Of a DNA stretch of 64,000 nt, positions 25,448 to 39,745 are shown piece after piece. The notes beneath the pieces were generated by a model. It ran no database searches. It was not told where the DNA came from and worked only from the letters and a program-made list of their open reading frames with translations. The translations under genes were made by a program, and so were the position numbers. The stretch's first letter is position 1; each line of letters begins with the position of its first letter. Source of the stretch: Ascidiella aspersa (taxonomy: Eukaryota); the NCBI GenBank assembly GCA_963924565.1, contig OZ004613.1, forward strand, positions 8,990,001 through 9,054,000, written 5' to 3'.

Positions 25448-28400
25448 ATGAATTTACAGGTAAAGGAGTTTCTTCTTCACAAAGAGAGAATAATTTGTGC
25501 AGATCATGGGTACAAAGTGGATGATAAATACTTGGGAGGTGGAGCCACAGGTAGAGTATTTTTGGCCCGTCCTACTAAGAAGAAGATCAAATCCTCCGAG
25601 AAGTTGATGTTAGTCAAAAAGAGAAATGAGCAACTTAAGGTTAGCAAATGTTTATTTTGTATTTTGACCATAGTTACACATTTAAACAAGTATATTTTTA
25701 AATAGGAATAATACAGGTAAATTAGGTAAGCAAATAGTTAATAGTTTCATTTTAGAGCAACCTTTCTAACGCCAAATAGTTAAAGGCCACGTTTTTAAAT
25801 AAAATTTGATAGACCTATTCAGTTTTTTGGACGAATCACAATTTTCTCAGTAACTTCCATTTTTTGGCACTTCACTTTTTATTGCCATGGTAACGATCAC
25901 GTGATTTTCTTTAAGCCAAGCGTGAAATGCATTTCAGCCATTATGACGTAATCCTGAAACTTTGCTAATTTTTAACTTGTCAGGCATTACTTACTATTGT
26001 TAGGGTTGACATCCATTGAAAAAACTGTACAAAAAAGCTGAAATACACCTTTTATTGGCGAGTTTGTGATTTACAATTGTATTTAACGCAAATTAACGAT
26101 CGTTAGGCCCAAAGTACATTGCAAATGGAGTTTTACTTATAATGTTATCACCACTTTTGAGATAATTAGTCGCACATTAGGAAAAAAATTAATCTAAAAA
26201 AAACACACGAAACAAGAAGTTCAATTGTGACATTAAGAAAGCATGAAGATTTGAAGTTCCACCAAACTTTACAATGAATAAAATATATGTGATTTGCTAT
26301 GATGTGTAAAAAGTTATATAAAATTAAATGTTTATTTTTCACAGGTTGCAATTAAGATCTGCTATGCGGACAACGGAGCCGACTGTATATCAGCTTTATG
26401 GAGATGCTTACCGGGGGAAATAGGAAATTGCAACAAGTGTTTTGGACTTCCAAACGTTGTACGTATAACCTACATGTAAAACAATTAGTGGTAGCAGACT
26501 TAATACTAAACTGAAATTTGCACTCGCCATTAGGGCGGATATATCCAGTAGTTGCCCGGTCGTAATATCACTCCCCTAATATGTTAGGTTGCCGTCTGTA
26601 AATTTCTGTCCTATCTCGTTATTCTAGCCAATAAATTATTCTGCCTTATTTGACATAGATACTTTACCGCTCTATACTTAGCACTTTTTACCCTGATTTT
26701 TTGGAATTGCGCAAGCTCGTATCGTTAGCGATTAACCTAATAATGGGCCTTTAATCTTTGGCGTTTGAGTTTATTGTCGCACAACAACAGATTAAGTCCA
26801 AAAAGCCTGAAAACAATAACCAATTTTTGCTTAAGGCACTCGCCAGTCAATTATCTCTTTTGTCATCATTTCGAAAATTTCAAAACCCTTAGTCATAGTT
26901 AAGTCACTTACTAAACATGTCCCATTGGTTTTCAGGTGAATATGTTGGACGTGTTCGTTGCAAGCAAGCGAATATTTATGGTGATGGAGTTCGCGGCCAG
27001 AGGCGACCTTCGGCAAACTTTCAAGGAGCACATTTGCACAAATCTAAAGAGAAAGAGATATTTAGACGAACAACTTGCCGCTCGCTATTTCATGGAAATT
27101 GCAAAAGGCGTCCAACAACTGCACACGAATAACATCGCACACAGGTAACACTTTCATGTTGATAATAATTTAGTATTTATTCGAATGGTGTAAAATATGC
27201 TACCTACACTTCTGTTTGGTTTGATATTGATTCTACGCTTTGATAATGATTCTACGCCAAACTAGAACCTCTAACTATTATTATGCGCCAAATGTTGCAC
27301 TTTTACACCGAAAGTGCAAATTCGTTTACAGGCGAAATAATGCATATTATTAATAATATAATACCTGTGATGCCAAAACGAAACGTTTTTTAAAATTAGA
27401 ACACTTTTGTACATATGAAATAACTCACATACAGAAAACGTATTGAAAGACTTCTGCTTTCGAACCAGTTATAGACTGTTAGTAAAAACCGATAGAAAGC
27501 ATAACGCCATTTCATTACCCTGCAGGTGTTTATAATTTTATAGGCTATTTTATCAGTTTAGCTATATATATATCATTTGTGCATTTTCTTCATTTTTATT
27601 TCCGCACATAAACACATGGGAATGCTTTTTTTATACAGCAACACGTAATTATTTTTTTCTTAATTTAAGAAATTATTCCAGGATTTCATTGCTGTTTTTT
27701 TGACATAAAAGTTATTATTTTTTTTTGTTTTTTGAATTTAAAAACCCTGGTTTGTGTGGTTTGTTTTCTACCGTTTGGTTGAATTATTTATAGGGATTTG
27801 AAACTGGACAACACACTAGTGACAGGCGACGGACAAGTGAAAATATGCGATCTTGGATTTTCCGTTGCTGCCTCGAGCAAACCTAATGGTCGACAAAACT
27901 TACTTTGTACTACGAATTGCGGCACTCGTGGTTATGTGGCTCCCGAGGTTTCGAAAAGACACGAAACACCTTACAACCCATTTCACGCTGATGTGTGGAG
28001 CATGTACGTACTAAACGTAGTTTTAAGTTTAGTTAATTTAAAAATTCATTAAACTAATACAGATATATGAATATATAATGTTTTAAAATGTTAATAACAA
28101 GATATCAATTATTTTATTCACCTCTATTTGTTTTTTTAGGGGAGTTATTCTTTTTCTAATGACGAATGGGCATTTGCCATTTGACGGAAATACTACAGAC
28201 GAAATCTACCAGAAGATTTCAGATTCCGAGGGTCAACCGCTGCCTTTTCGTAAACGTCTCTCACTTGGTGAGCAAATATGACAAAATGAACATTTCTTCT
28301 TTATTTGGCATTTTACATGAGTTTTAAACAGGTTGTAGAGAGTTACTGAATCGCTTGCTGGAAAGAAATTCAGAAGACAGACCGACAGTTGACGAAATTG

Positions 28401-31400
28401 TACAAGATCCGTGGTTAGCGCAACACACACTTTCCAGAGTAAGTTTGTTTGTGAACTAGATTTGATTAACTCTGGTGAATTTATTACACAATAACTTTGC
28501 GTTCCAGGAATCTCCGCCGAATACGGAGCACCTGACTGCTGTTTCTCGCAATTCAGGTTCGTGTTAAATATTCAACGTTATTTAAACATATGCATTTTGT
28601 TTGCGAATTAAGAATTCTCTCTCGCTTTCTCAGTTTACAAGTTTCAGTCGACCTACGTCAGCCACTACCTGTGGCAACGCATGATGCTGCTGGACGAGCG
28701 TCGTAAGTTTCTCCTCGGAGCGGGAAACAGTCCGGAGGACCTTCGGGACGCCGGAATCCTGATCGCGCTTCCGCTGGAAGACACGGGCGGAATGCGCGTC
28801 ACCGAAGTCTGGAGGTTGGAAGAAAACGAGCTGCGCAAGTCTGACGTCATCCCCGACCCTTTCAAGAGGAAGCAGGATCGGAGGAGCGAAGTCCTACAGG
28901 ATCCCTGGACCTGGTCTCCGGATGTTGAAGAGCCGACCCTCGGCATTCGCTGCGTGGAGCGAGTTGTTACGGAGTCGCCGTTGCTTGACGAATGGCGGGA
29001 ATTCATGGAAAAAGGAATAACTCCTAAAGGCTACTTGGCGAATTGCATGGTGCATTGCAACACAGTTGATCTCGCCGAAAAGCCTCGGAGCCCAAAGGAG
29101 CCTTTTCCTAAACGCGATAAAGCTGCCGAGAGGAAAGCCAAATTTGCCGCTGTTCGCCAAAGCTTGCTCGGTTATCGTCCTAGGAATAGCAGTGACGAAG
29201 CTGTTTCTTTAAAAAATGGAAGCGACAAAAGAAGTTCGGAAAAATCAGTTGTTTCTCACGATGTTTCTACAGCAATATCTCGTACAAAGAATGGATATGA
29301 GGTGCCAATGATTGTTTAATTTAACATTGTTCACTATTTTTATTTTCTGACTTTACAATTGTTTATTTGATAATATACATTTTTAGATTGTAAACAAACC
29401 TGAACCTAATGGCAACTTGAAAGAACAAATCGACAATCGTAAAAAAGGAAAGAAGACTCAAAAATCGAAAATAGCTCAAGCTGATGAAAAGCTATACTCT
29501 AAAGGTATATGCATTGTATGTTGGTTAAAAGTATTCTAAATAAGCATTAATTTTTTTGTGTGCGTTTAAAGTTTTAAAGATCTTGAATTTAACAACGTTA
29601 TTGCTAAATGCTATAGAATTAACACATTTTTAACGTCTATTATATGTTTTGTCAAGGCTTACCTTTCTGTTATATGTTGACACGTCTCGTCGTTTTCTGT
29701 TGAGTGGCAGATTTCAGTCAAATTGGCAGACTGCAATTCACTCATTTGTTCTGTCTTGTCTGTTTGTCTCATGTTGTCTTGTGGTTATCTCCTAACCTCT
29801 TCGATCAGCTAAGTATCCCAAATCTGCAAGAGGTGAACAGACCTAACATGCGTTTCATTGCAGCTGGAGCCGAGAGAATACAAATTCGAGAGGATAGCGA
29901 AAAATCAGGTTGTTCACCGACGTTACATGACTCAAAGGAGCACATTAAGACTTTAGATGGACTAAAATCTGAGGGACGGTCGCATTTGAAAAAGAACCCT
30001 AATTCCACCATCAAGATGCAAAGCGGCCAAAGCGTTAGAGACGAGCCAGATTCCTGTTCGAAAGAGAAACTTGAGAAAAACCTTTGCAGCAAAATTTCCA
30101 AAGCAAGAAATGAAGTACGAAAATATAGCGAAGCAGAAAAGCAAAATAGAGTTGATGTTCAAATTTGTGAGACTCTTCCAGAAGGTAAATATATCAAACA
30201 TTTTGATATTTTGTCAACAGTTAGTTCTAACATCAAACAAAGCATTAAGTTGAATAAATTTAAAAATCTTCTAACTAACAATTTCAGAAAATTCTTCTGT
30301 CAAATTTTCGAAGCAGAAAATTAAAGAAGACCTTATAATAAAGCCAGTTAATCCGTATGTACATCAGGCCGTGCTGGAGCAGTTAGACGAATCTGGCTCT
30401 GATGATTTCAAGTCAGCAAAGGTAAAACCGCGATTTGTATTTACTATTTCTTGGATTTGTAACGCTAATGTAAATCGGCAAGAATTTTGATTAAAAAAAT
30501 AGGAGATTGGTTCATCTTATCTGTTGAGTTAAATATGCATGTCTTGATACAAAATACCTTTCACTTTTTCAGTGCCGGCCACATTTATTGCAGCTTGCCA
30601 GAAGAAATAATCCCCTTTTAACTGATGCACTACAAAAGGTGAATAAACTGAAATTTGAAAAATGAGTTTGTTTTATATCAGTGTTGTAAAATGTAAAGAA
30701 ACGAGTTTTTTTTGGTTTTATAATAAAGCAACCCAAACTAAACGAACGATATTTTATTTACTTTTTTCAATATGACAACAAGCTTATATGCATTAACAGC
30801 ACTTAAAACGGAACGAATTGCAAAAGCTTGAAAAAAGTGTTGCGAAAGACGAACAACCTTTCCAAGTCAAAAACATAAAGGTCGAAAACAACTCGAACCA
30901 AATGAAGTACAGCCAAGCAAAACTGCTTAAGGTGCATTTTATTTCTTTCTTTTGTTACTTCAGTTGAACTTTTTATTAATTCGTACTTAATTTACAGATG
31001 TTGAAACGAGTTGATTTGCAAAAGCTTAATAGTGTTGCGAAAATCTCGAATACTTTCAGCGTCGTCGGTAAGTTACAAAGCACACTTGTTTTTATATAAT
31101 GCTAAATTGCTAAGTAAGATGTAATAAAAAATTATTTTCTTTATTAAAGAACGACACGACCCTTCAAAGCCATCCCGAGTTTACGCCAAGTTAAAAGAAG
31201 AGCTTTTGAAAGCTAGGGCACGAAGCCGAAGTTTGGTCGGTAAGTTTCTCTTGCATTTTCTATACGTTGTAACCCCTTAACAGTATTTATGGAGTCGTAA
31301 TTTTTAAACTGTTAAGTAAAACACGTATTAAGCATCAATTTTTTCTTAAAATACCAGAAATATATATTTTGCTATAGAAACAGGCATCCTTATTTTCTGT

Positions 31401-33027
31401 AGAAAAAACAAACTTGTTGTAAAATCATTGTCAAGTAACCACTCAATATAAACTATAGACATTGTTACGTCACAGATGGGACAATCGGTGCCCCCGTTCA
31501 CCCTAGTGTCGCTGACTCCTCGTTGAAGAAACAAGATTCGCGACCCATCAAAAACAACTCAACAAACGTTATCGGTAGGTTCCCTTAAATATCAAAGATT
31601 TCATAAAGCCAACTTTAAAACAGTTGAAAATTTTTGTAAGATCACCTTTTAAAAATGTCAGTTAATGGCTGTTCTGTCGATAAAGCGTAGTTTCTTTACA
31701 CAATCGAGTAAGCCTACATGGTATTCTTGCCCTTCAGTTGCAATTTTTATTTTTTATTTTTTGTGATAAATGAAATGTATAACTGTAGTTACCTTGTTTT
31801 AATATTTTACTTTCTTTAATTGTTTTATCCTCTTTACACCCCACAGAACAACCACCTCCAGCCATCCATAAGAACTCCTCAAAGTCTTCAAGTCTGACGG
31901 AAGTTGCAGCAATAAGCACTGAAGGAAACCTTGTCGTTCCCAGCACCGAATCCAGGCAATCCAACACCAACACTTCGTTCAACGCAAAAGATGGCGTTAA
32001 TAAACCACAAGAAAGGTGCAGACCGTTAATCAGAAGACCATTACAAAGGGTCAGACCACATCCGAAAAATGACCAACTTTTGGAATTTGCCCCCGAACGT
32101 TGTCCAAAAGTGCCATCACCACCTAAAGCTGACCAGAAGTCACCGAAAGTATGTCCATCTGTAATTCGACGTCCAATTGTCGCTGCAATGGCAAATATTA
32201 ACCAAAGGGTCGAAAAGAAAGGACTAAGCGTTCCTGAACCCGACTTAGCGCAACCAAGAGCGCCAGAGAAGCCAAGACAGAATACAAATATATCAACAGG
32301 AATCAAAAAAAGGATTCCTAACGAAAAGTCGCCACAAAAACGCAACTCAGAAAACGTGGCCCGGGTGGCAAAGGACGTGTTTCCATCCACAGATATGGCT
32401 GAAAAAATTTACGCCCCTCGCCCGCCAGAGAAAGACAATAGTACAACAGCGCGAATTAAAAGACAAAAAGGCAAGTCACTATCAGTGCACACGTGCGACA
32501 AGGAAGTCAAATCTCGAGCAACCTTAATTCACAGTGGAAAACTTCACGCCTCAAATGACGAAGAAGGTCGCAACACTGGAAACATCTCGCACAGCAAGTC
32601 CGGTTACGACAAAAGCCAAGGGGATCAGCAAGTACAGGATGTGAACAGGACGTCAAATCACGCCAAGCCTCGTTCAGTGTCAAATCCACCGGAAGATGTC
32701 CAACCTAAACCAGGGCCACCACAAGCTGGGAATTCCCCCGGAGTGAGAAGGGCCTTCGAGGTCGGTTCGCGACGATTCGGCAGAATTGTGCGTCAAAGAA
32801 TCCCGGAGGAAGGCGAACCGTGCGAAGTCGAGAAAGCAGACTTAAGGCCCGTGCGTCCGCAGGGAATGAAGCCCGACAAACTCCGCAAAGCTCGTGTTGT
32901 CCAATCGAGCGAAACAAGGCGACCCGAGCTAATAGAAGAGAGGGCAAAGGTCGAGGTTGTGAAAGGCAAGCCGCCCGCTGACCCAAAGCACAGGAGGTCG
33001 GCCATCTTGCAGCGAAGATCCAAGTGA
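25448..33027 (+). CDS. TSSK-like Ser/Thr protein kinase with long C-terminal extension, copy 2 (intact, 3888 nt spliced, ~1295 aa)
   Basis: Exons 25448-25639, 26345-26458, 26936-27144, 27794-28003, 28140-28267, 28332-28438, 28508-28556, 28634-29301, 29387-29504, 29864-30184, 30288-30421, 30573-30638, 30800-30931, 30998-31067, 31150-31239, 31476-31574, 31847-33027. All GT-AG; exons 1-16 have the same lengths as in copy 1; total length divisible by 3; catalytic motifs present (HRDLKLDNT, DLG, APE). Confidence 0.88.
29663..29823 (-). other. Putative antisense exon nested in kinase copy 2 intron 9
   Basis: Same 161-nt length, acceptor, ATG (29772) and AG|GTAAG donor as in copy 1. Confidence 0.45.
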
Positions 33028-34089
33028 CGTCATAACTCTATGGATGATGAGCAACTTGTATTCGAAGAAATGAAAAAATCACTTTTTGGCCTGATAACAT
33101 TCTAACACCGCGTTTATGCAATTTTTAGCGCCGTTTTTCTGTTTTTTTATTTGATTTTGTGCAATATTGTTTTCTTTTTTTTCCACTTCAGAATGGCGTA
33201 ATACTTTGCAATGACGTTTTTCCTAGGTGTATCTTATTTTTCAAAAACAAACAATAAAACGTTATTTGTTGTTATTTTGTGTGGTTCATTTCAAACAGCT
33301 ATGTACAAGAAGCCTCGGCGTATGCGCATAGGTAGACTTGGTTAAACAGAGCAAACTTTCGACCGCTTTAAAAGTAGAAGTGACTGAATTCTCAGAAGAA
33401 AAACAATATGTATACAGGGGCGCCCGCAGAAAATTTTCCTGGGGGAAAAATCAAATAGCCATTACGCAGCTAAAAAGTAAGTAGGGGGCTGCAATGCAAT
33501 TCCTATAGTTATGGCCAATAAAGTATATTTAAGAACATAATATTATAATGGAGCCTATACAACGTAATAATCTCAAACCCACTAAGATTCAAGTCTTTCA
33601 ATAGTTAAATAAACTTATAGAAATAAGTAAAGCTAAATTATTCTGCATTTTTTTATTGGACAAACGGTCATTTTGATCGTTCGCGGTAGTTTTAGGTAGG
33701 TCCACAACGCGGTATTTCTAATGTTAGAAGTGTAATAACAAATTATATTTTCGTTCGCTTTATTTAACTGTTCACTTCAACTCACTTGGTATGTTTTGTT
33801 GCCTTTCTACCTTTGTGTTTTTCACTAATGACCACTAATTTTCCCCGCCTTTTGAAGGGCAATTTTTTCGTTTCAGCAGTGGCTAAACCTAAAGAACCCC
33901 GGCAGTCTCGTGTTAAGCGTGGTGTGGTGCACTCTATTCATTTTTTTAGCAAGCGAGCTAGCGTACCCGCCAGCCGCTGTGCTACAGTTTGCGCTTCGCG
34001 CCAGACGGCCATACTGGATAATAAATATAACTCGAGTGCGACATGCGGTCGGTGACAGGCCGTCAAAGCAGTGAATAAGAAATGGCGCC

Positions 34090-34400
34090 ACAGAATCAGT
34101 ATAGAAAGAGCAATCGTTTAATTCCAGCCTACCGGCATGCTGGTCGGTAATGTTAACGATGTTTGCTCCTTCTGCATTTTGGTCCTCAGCAAGTTTAAAA
34201 CGCCGGAGAAACTCTCGTAAAAACAAAGACACCTTTCAGGTTGATGTCAAATACATGTTGAATGAATCCATGGTTGTGTCAACGATCGGCGATACCTATA
34301 TGACAGCAGCATGACTGACCAGAACGTTGTAATCCTGTTCGAATTGGTTGCTTACGGCGGTAAAAGCCATAAAGTCGCGTATTTTCAGTTACATTGCGTG
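34090..34400 (-). pseudogene. SDR pseudogene fragment (module 2)
   Basis: Minus strand reads NQFEQDYNVL..HAAV..SPIVDTT..VFDINLKGV..REFLRRFKLAEDQNAEGANIVNI, homologous to the middle of SDR1/SDR2; frameshifted. The YTASK codons are split by insertions and resume near 33730. Confidence 0.75.
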
Positions 34401-36189
34401 TGGGAAATTTTTTTCAAACTGGGTTCCATAATCCCTTGATCGCTCAGGACTGCCTAATGTACAATTGGAGAATGGACTTGTTACCAGCACTTAAATTCGG
34501 GTTACCAGCACTTAAATTCAAGTGAACCCTGGATAGGGTGGTTGGGAAAGCAAGCCAACTTTAAAGCTCACATTTAAAGGATTTTAAAATATTTTCCGTT
34601 GATTCGCAATAAAACTAAAACGGAAACGTGTTTCCTTTTGTGGTAGTCACCAACACAGTTGATAGGCAAGCAGTGGGCCGCGAGTTATTTTTAAATAGCA
34701 TTGTGTTATTGATGGCCGAATGATAGCCGTATCGTACATTCATTGCACTTTATTTTAACAAATGGTGTGGCATATAATTTTTTAGGTTTAGCTTGGAAAA
34801 GTTTGGCTCAGCTTGGAAAGGCCCACGTGTCAAATGTAGTCTTGTGAGCCTGTAAACTATACTTTTTGCTAACATTAACTTTACGTAAACGCAAATTTTT
34901 CGCGCTTCGCGCGTATATTCTTCTTTTATATAAGGTTTTGTATTATAGCATGTCAGTGTTTTGGCCATTAGGGCGCCGTAGAATAGTCCACTTTAAAACC
35001 AAATATCCCCCTGAATCCGCCACTGTTTTCGTAGAGGTTTTACGTAGTGGGCCATCAATAGCTCCGAAAAGAGTACTTTGGGCCGCAACAGAGAAGTTTG
35101 CCGACCACTGCACTAACAGGTAGACGACGAGATACGCAAGTGGCCCGTGGACTAATCCGAATACACACATTTGGCCCGGCAGTATGGAAGGTTGCACGCC
35201 CCTGGCCTACACTATCCTAAACATATGTTTGATAGCTACCTGATCACCTGATCTTTGGGGCTCAAGGCAAAAAAAAAAACCACTAACGAAAAGTCTAACG
35301 CTTTTTTGTCCGATTTGAAATTATCGACGTTTATGAATTTTTGAAGGAATATTAATAACTTATCCCCGAATAATTGGCGGCCGAGTCATATCTCATTTTG
35401 AAGAGTAGACTCGTAGCTATCACCCTATGTAAGTCACTTAGGGCACATTTTAATTTAAGGGCCGAATATTACTGAATATTAATATTCATAAATATGAATA
35501 TTAATATTTTTATGTTTTTTTAAAAAAAAAGTCTAATTGCTGGCTAGCTTAGGTTGCTTTGAGTAATGTGTAAAAATTTCTAATCGATATCTTGTTTACT
35601 TCCGGAGATATTACGCAAAGAATTTCGAGCTGCAAACTTCCCTTTGGTCCTTCAGTAGGAAACCATGTGCATAGCGTTGGTACGAATAGTACTTTTCCAA
35701 GCGATTTGCGTTCAGGCAACTTAACCTTTACTACTGTAATACATTTTATCAATTAACATCTTTATTTTCAGCATATCTAAATATACTTAAGTTTGCTAAA
35801 TATGTTGCTTAAACAAGAAAACTATAAATATTATAACAGCTAACCTATACCCAAGTAAAAATAGTAACCCCCCAAAACAGTATTAAATATGTGTATGATA
35901 TAGGTTAAAATTTTAATTTAGGAAAGAAACTGTTAAAATAGTCGAGCCTACAAAGTAAAAAAACAACTTTGTGGTTAGGTCCGATTTTTCCAAGAAAATA
36001 TGGTAATCGCCGTCTAAGTTACGATCGATAACATTTATCACCAAAATTCTGGGAAGCGCCGATGATTATGAAGCTTCGACAGAAATAACCCAGAAAAATA
36101 TGTCATATATCACTGATTATTGTCAGGGTTATATACCTTTAGCAAGATATAAATAATTTCCGTGATGGCCCGGGGATAGATGGGGTAAA

Positions 36190-37480
36190 ATTTCCGACTG
36201 GGAAGGAGCTTTTTAAATAACGATGAAACCTTTCTGCGAGGCCGTTGGCTTGTGAGTAAAAGGCGGTGGTTCGGTGCAGGTTAATGCCGAGCAGTTTGTT
36301 TACCGATGACCATAGCTCCGATGTATTCTGCGGTCCGTGATCTGATGCAACATTTGTCGTGATGCCAAATCGTGCCACCAAGTGGCAAACAAATGCCCCT
36401 CGCGCAGTGTTTTTTTTTTTCAAATTTCTCCAGCGGTTTCCCAAATTTTGGACTTGCAACTTTTGGTATTTAAATGAAACACTTGCGGTCTCTTAAAACT
36501 ACTTAGCGGTCACCCAAACCAAACCTTAAAAAAAAACCTGCCCTCGCGCATGTGATAGTTGTTGCATCTTTCATCGGAATCGCTTCAGGTCACCTTGTTA
36601 CCTAAACCATAGTTAAAAGATAAACATTACCTTGAGAAGGTGGAAGCGGGACGACTAAGGCGATATTCACATCGGCAAACTGGACGTTGGACAACGGGTA
36701 ATGCTGTAAGGGTGCGCGCACATGTTGGTGAACCTTTTGGCAAAATATGCATTACTTGTTCCACAAGCCGACATCTTTATTGAGACCGTGCCATACAAAT
36801 TTGGAAGCCACGAGTCCGGGTTGTCCGGATTGAGGGGTGAGACAATCCGTGGATGACGTAGAAAACCTTACGGCGCCAAGATAGTGGCACTATTGGTCGT
36901 GGGTTGCCCATTGAGGTGTCGCAAAAAAAGAAACGTTGTGCCATTTGGCCCGATGGCGACATCTTCTAGTTTTAGGTTGAAAACTGCGGTTCGATAAACC
37001 TGAACCTCTTGCACCTGTTGCGCCTTCGCAAGCTCGCTGTAGTCCAGGTCAACAGAGGCACTGTTTACATTGGTGATTGTAGCGCGCGAAAGTGCATCTG
37101 CAACATGGTTGTACTTTCCTTTGATGTGTTGAACGTCGGTCGCAAACTCTGAATAGTTGTAAGATGGCGTTGTTGACGACTGGACCATGGATCTGAAATC
37201 TTTGCGAATGCAAAAGTTAAAGATATATCATCCGTGTACGCGGTAAAGATACGACCTTCAAGGAAATGCCAAAAATGTCTGATAGCTAAATGCAAAGCTA
37301 ACAGCTCACGGTCGAAAGCGCTGTATTTAAATTTGGGTGGTTTTTAATTGTTCACTGAAAAACGCCACCAATGAACTGCTCGAGTATCCCACCGATTGAA
37401 CTTTCCGGAGCGTCGACCGTTAAAGCCGTTTTAGCATGCTGTTGAGGGAGACTGCGTGCATAGAGTCGCTACACCTTTCT
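36190..37480 (-). mobile_element. Degenerate Ty3/Gypsy LTR-retrotransposon pol fragment (RNase H and integrase)
   Basis: YSAFDRELLA..HLAIRHFWHFLEGRIFTAYTD (RNase H); QHIKGKYNHVADALSR; IHGLSHPSIRTT (integrase HHCC); SDHGPQ..TTAFYSQANGLAERFHRYLK (rve). Multiple frameshifts; no LTRs found. Confidence 0.9.
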
Positions 37481-37591
37481 GTGTGGCTAAAAGCTAGCGT
37501 CATGAAGGCACATTCACCGTTCTAAGTGCATGTTTGTTTGAGGTCGTACACGTTTTTTGCGTTTGTACACCTTTGTATGGTCTGTTGTAAC

Positions 37592-38035
37592 CAGGGCTGG
37601 GGAGCCGGAGCCGGAGCCGGAGCCGGTGCCATTGTTATTATTTTTGTGGAGCTGGAGCTGGAGCCGGAGCCGGAGCCATTTTTATTATTTTTGTGGAGCT
37701 GGAGCCATTTTTCAATTTGTGGTGCGAAAGCTAAGAAATTATATTTTATTCCATCTCCAACGTTAGTTTGCCAAAAGCAATTTTTAAAACTTGCCATTGA
37801 ATAAGTGACTGGTGGCACCGGAGCTGGAGCCGGAATCATTGGGTGTGTGTTTGATGGCTCCGGAGCTGGAGCCGGAGCCAAAGGGTATGAGTTTTACTAC
37901 TCCGGAGCTGGAGCCGGAGCCAAAGGATTGAGTTTTACGACTCCGGAGCTGGAGCCGGAGCTATTTAATAATTGCCTGATGGCTCCGGAGCTGGAGCCGG
38001 AGCTAATACTATTTTACGGTGGCTCCCCAGCCCTG
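37592..38035. mobile_element. hAT MITE with arrays of GGAGCC/GGAGCT subterminal hexamers
   Basis: 15-bp TIR CAGGGCTGGGGAGCC / GGCTCCCCAGCCCTG; perfect TSD GTTGTAAC. Confidence 0.92.
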
Positions 38036-38942
38036 GTTGTAACTATGATATGATTTTTTTCAGATAGATAGTTTTCGTTAGCTATATCAAATGGTAAACA
38101 CACAACAGGCGCATTTGTAACTTTGGAATAGTTAAAGTACGAAACACGGACCGACACCTCAAAAGTATAGAATATAGACATAGGCTACGTAGAAGGCTTG
38201 CCAGATTGGCTTTTTACAACAAATAGGAAAAATCTGGAATTTTTGTTAACGTGGTAAATGTCATTAATTAGGCTTTTTGGCTTGTTTCTGTTATTTTATA
38301 GAGACTTGGTAAAACTAGTTAATAAGCATACGCTTTAACGAAACCTTTTCTGCTTACTATGAATATCAAAATAATAAATCATTTCATTATGTGACAATGT
38401 TATAAACACAAGAATTTCTTCTATTACACTTTAGAGTTAGCACGCCTTAACAAATAAAAATTACATTTTAGCCTATTTGTGGATATATTTTAAGTACTGG
38501 GAGTCAGATTTTGCGATGAAAATAAGCTTTTTGGGATGTTGCGAACGTGTTAAGTAACTCATATGGCCACAGCACACTAGTTGTTTTGAACCTCACGAGA
38601 GCTTAATGCTAATTGCGTTTTTTTATCATACCAATCAACTATACGGAGTATATTTGAAAGAAAGCGAGTGTGTTTGAACGTAAAAAGACATTCAATCTTT
38701 TCTTTTAACGTTCAGTTCGGGTTAAATTAACATTATAATCTAAAAACCGTTCTACGGACCGGTAGCAAAGTTTTCGCGGACCGGCGGTTGCCGACCACTG
38801 CTGTAAAAGAACGCCACAATCTATCTATGGCGCATTTTAGAATGCTGCTGTTGTTTTGCACGCTGTATATCATTACAGTTGCCTAGTATTCGGGGAAAAA
38901 TTACAACATAATTTATTTTTTTTCTATTTTTACTATTTTTCG

Positions 38943-39745
38943 CAGTGTTTCTCAACCTTTTTTACTTGGGGGCGCAACTATAGAGACATATGAAAACGTG
39001 GCGGCGCACCTTGCGAGCAAAGCAAGTGCGAAATTATTGAGGTGTACCGGTATTTGTTTTAAATTTCTTGCAATTTTTCATTATATAGGCGTTTTAGTTG
39101 CAATCTTGGAACAACATCAACTTCGGAATAAAAGACAGTTAGGAATAAGACGTAAATAGGACTAATAGCTAATAGTCGTAATAATGACGAAATCGGAATC
39201 AGACCTAAATGGCCCAAATAAGGCCTATACAACCTTTTGTTTATTCCCAAATCCAACCTATAACTATTACTAACTCTCCTAATATTTTCTACCTTAACCA
39301 AATTGCCAACATCACCCATAAGCCAAAACAGGTGCAAAAAATCCGTGGCCAAAATAGCGGCGCCCAAATGTCGACAGCAAACTGCCAATGCCAGACAGGT
39401 TGTCCCCAATCATCCTATACCCTTTCCCTATAACAGGCGTTATTTTATTTATTTAAGTCTTATTCAGAATAATTTTGGACTTATTTCGGCATGTTCAGAT
39501 CTTATCTAGACTATTTTTGATCTTATTCTGTCGTGGTTATTATTGCAAATTTGGCGTTTATGTCGGTGGTCTTATTACTATGGTATCATAGATTATCTGA
39601 TTTAGATATTGCTGCTTTGTAATTCTTATTATGTCTTCTACTTTAAGTACTGTGAAATCGATGAGCTAAGCCTAATACGATAGTGAAAAATATACATATG
39701 TTTTTATTTATTTATAAGCCGCGGCGCACCGGTTGAGAAGCGCTG
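38943..39745. mobile_element. hAT-type MITE
   Basis: TIR CAGTGTTTCTCAACC / GGTTGAGAAGCGCTG; TSD ATTTTTCG/ATTTATCG. Confidence 0.8.

Noticed and set aside
37522-38053. ORFs rich in APAPAP / GAGAGA / EPEPEP
   Set aside because: They are translations of the GGAGCC hexamer arrays inside a TIR/TSD-bounded MITE; not a gene and not a CRISPR array.
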